Source of the DNA: Terrimicrobiaceae bacterium
GTDB lineage: Bacteria; Verrucomicrobiota; Verrucomicrobiia; Chthoniobacterales; Terrimicrobiaceae
Direction of reading: 5' to 3'
Length of the DNA stretch: 64,000 nt
Assembly (NCBI GenBank): GCA_041749815.1
Contig: JBGTAR010000117.1
Location: forward strand, 5,559-69,558
Within the stretch, counting starts at the first letter, position 1. Every line of letters begins with the position of its first letter. Both the position numbers and the translations under genes were made by a program. The notes beneath the pieces were generated by a model. That model was not told the DNA's origin and made no database searches. It saw nothing but the letters and a program-made list of their open reading frames with translations. Shown here piece by piece: positions 63,750 to 64,000 of the stretch.

Positions 63750-64000
63750 ATCCGGTTGGCTTGTTGAATGTGGGATGCCCCTCCCGTAGCCACGCGGCAG
63801 TCCACTCGATCATTTGTTCAATCTGTGTTTCAGGAAGTCCGAAAAGGCGGTGGGAAAGGGAGGCGTCGCTTAGCCACGCGGTCTCCTCCTCTTCGCCAAT
63901 AAAGCGCGGCTCGTGTCCGAAAAGTTCTCCGAATCGTTGGGCCAAGTCCCGCACCTTCAAAACCTCGGGTCCGGTGACATTGAGAACAAAAGGGTTCCTA
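63724..64000 (-). CDS. C-terminal end of an NAD-dependent epimerase/dehydratase-like protein (5' part off-window)
   Basis: The frame is open to the window edge. ...NVTGPEVLKVRDLAQRFGELFG... resembles the C-terminal substrate domain of extended SDR epimerases. Only about 90 aa are visible. Confidence 0.45.
   Translation of the reverse strand, partial: RNPFVLNVTGPEVLKVRDLAQRFGELFGHEPRFIGEEEETAWLSDASLSHRLFGLPETQIEQMIEWTAAWLREGHPTFNKPTGFEKRDGNF

Noticed and set aside
1-64000. CRISPR arrays, rRNA genes, intact IS elements or prophage/defence gene sets.
   Set aside because: I noticed no regularly spaced direct repeats of 24-48 nt, no rRNA-like conserved strings, no full-length transposase, and no nuclease/helicase/methylase-type ORFs among the credible genes.

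Overview
This 64-kb window has no rRNA, tRNA or CRISPR array that I can see by eye. It carries about 47 credible protein genes, 2 decayed insertion-sequence (IS) fragments and 1 aldolase pseudogene. The gene content points to a Verrucomicrobiota/PVC-type chromosome (inference only): two PEP-CTERM proteins, two prepilin-type H-X9-DG pseudopilin-like proteins, many glycoside hydrolases with no SusC/SusD, and nine ATGA stop/start overlaps.

Layout:
1. 1-5.2 kb: an L-fucose block. It holds an SDR, a lactonase-type amidohydrolase and three GH29 fucosidases (a third paralog lies at 16.5 kb). Two transposase remnants and a truncated DapA-type aldolase interrupt it.
2. 5.2-10.8 kb: a GPH symporter and an ADP-ribosylglycohydrolase-like operon. 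A divergent GntR-HTH/LacI-type sensor regulator and a GH63-like enzyme sit next to it.
3. 11.1-31 kb: two convergent loci for large secreted proteins. These include two GH5 enzymes, a frameshifted surface protein of about 1,600 aa, a PEP-CTERM protein, a pseudopilin, an SGNH esterase, a mutarotase-like protein and a 1,316-aa LamG...malectin protein. They share uncharacterised modules.
4. 31-34.2 kb: housekeeping purS-purQ-purL.
5. 34.4-46.2 kb: a segment that looks lower in GC, flanked by paralogous Asp-box/Kelch propellers. It holds two paralogous unknown secreted proteins, a PEP-CTERM protein, LacI, a DegT aminotransferase, a pseudopilin and GH20.
6. 46.4-52.3 kb: AraC, a tandem amidohydrolase, a 724-aa unknown protein and an esterase.
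7. 52.4-64 kb: amino-sugar genes. These are LacI, nagA, nagB, an ABC importer with a solute-binding-protein/permease fusion and no ATPase, Gfo/Idh/MocA, a split Fe-S serine-dehydratase, a DHDPS-like protein and an epimerase.

The most interesting signals:
- The modular reuse of unknown domains between neighbouring loci.
- The frameshift inside the giant surface protein.
- Pseudopilin genes translationally coupled to signal-less enzymes.
- The duplicated unknown-protein/propeller module.

All functional calls rest on motif recognition by eye. No database search was run.
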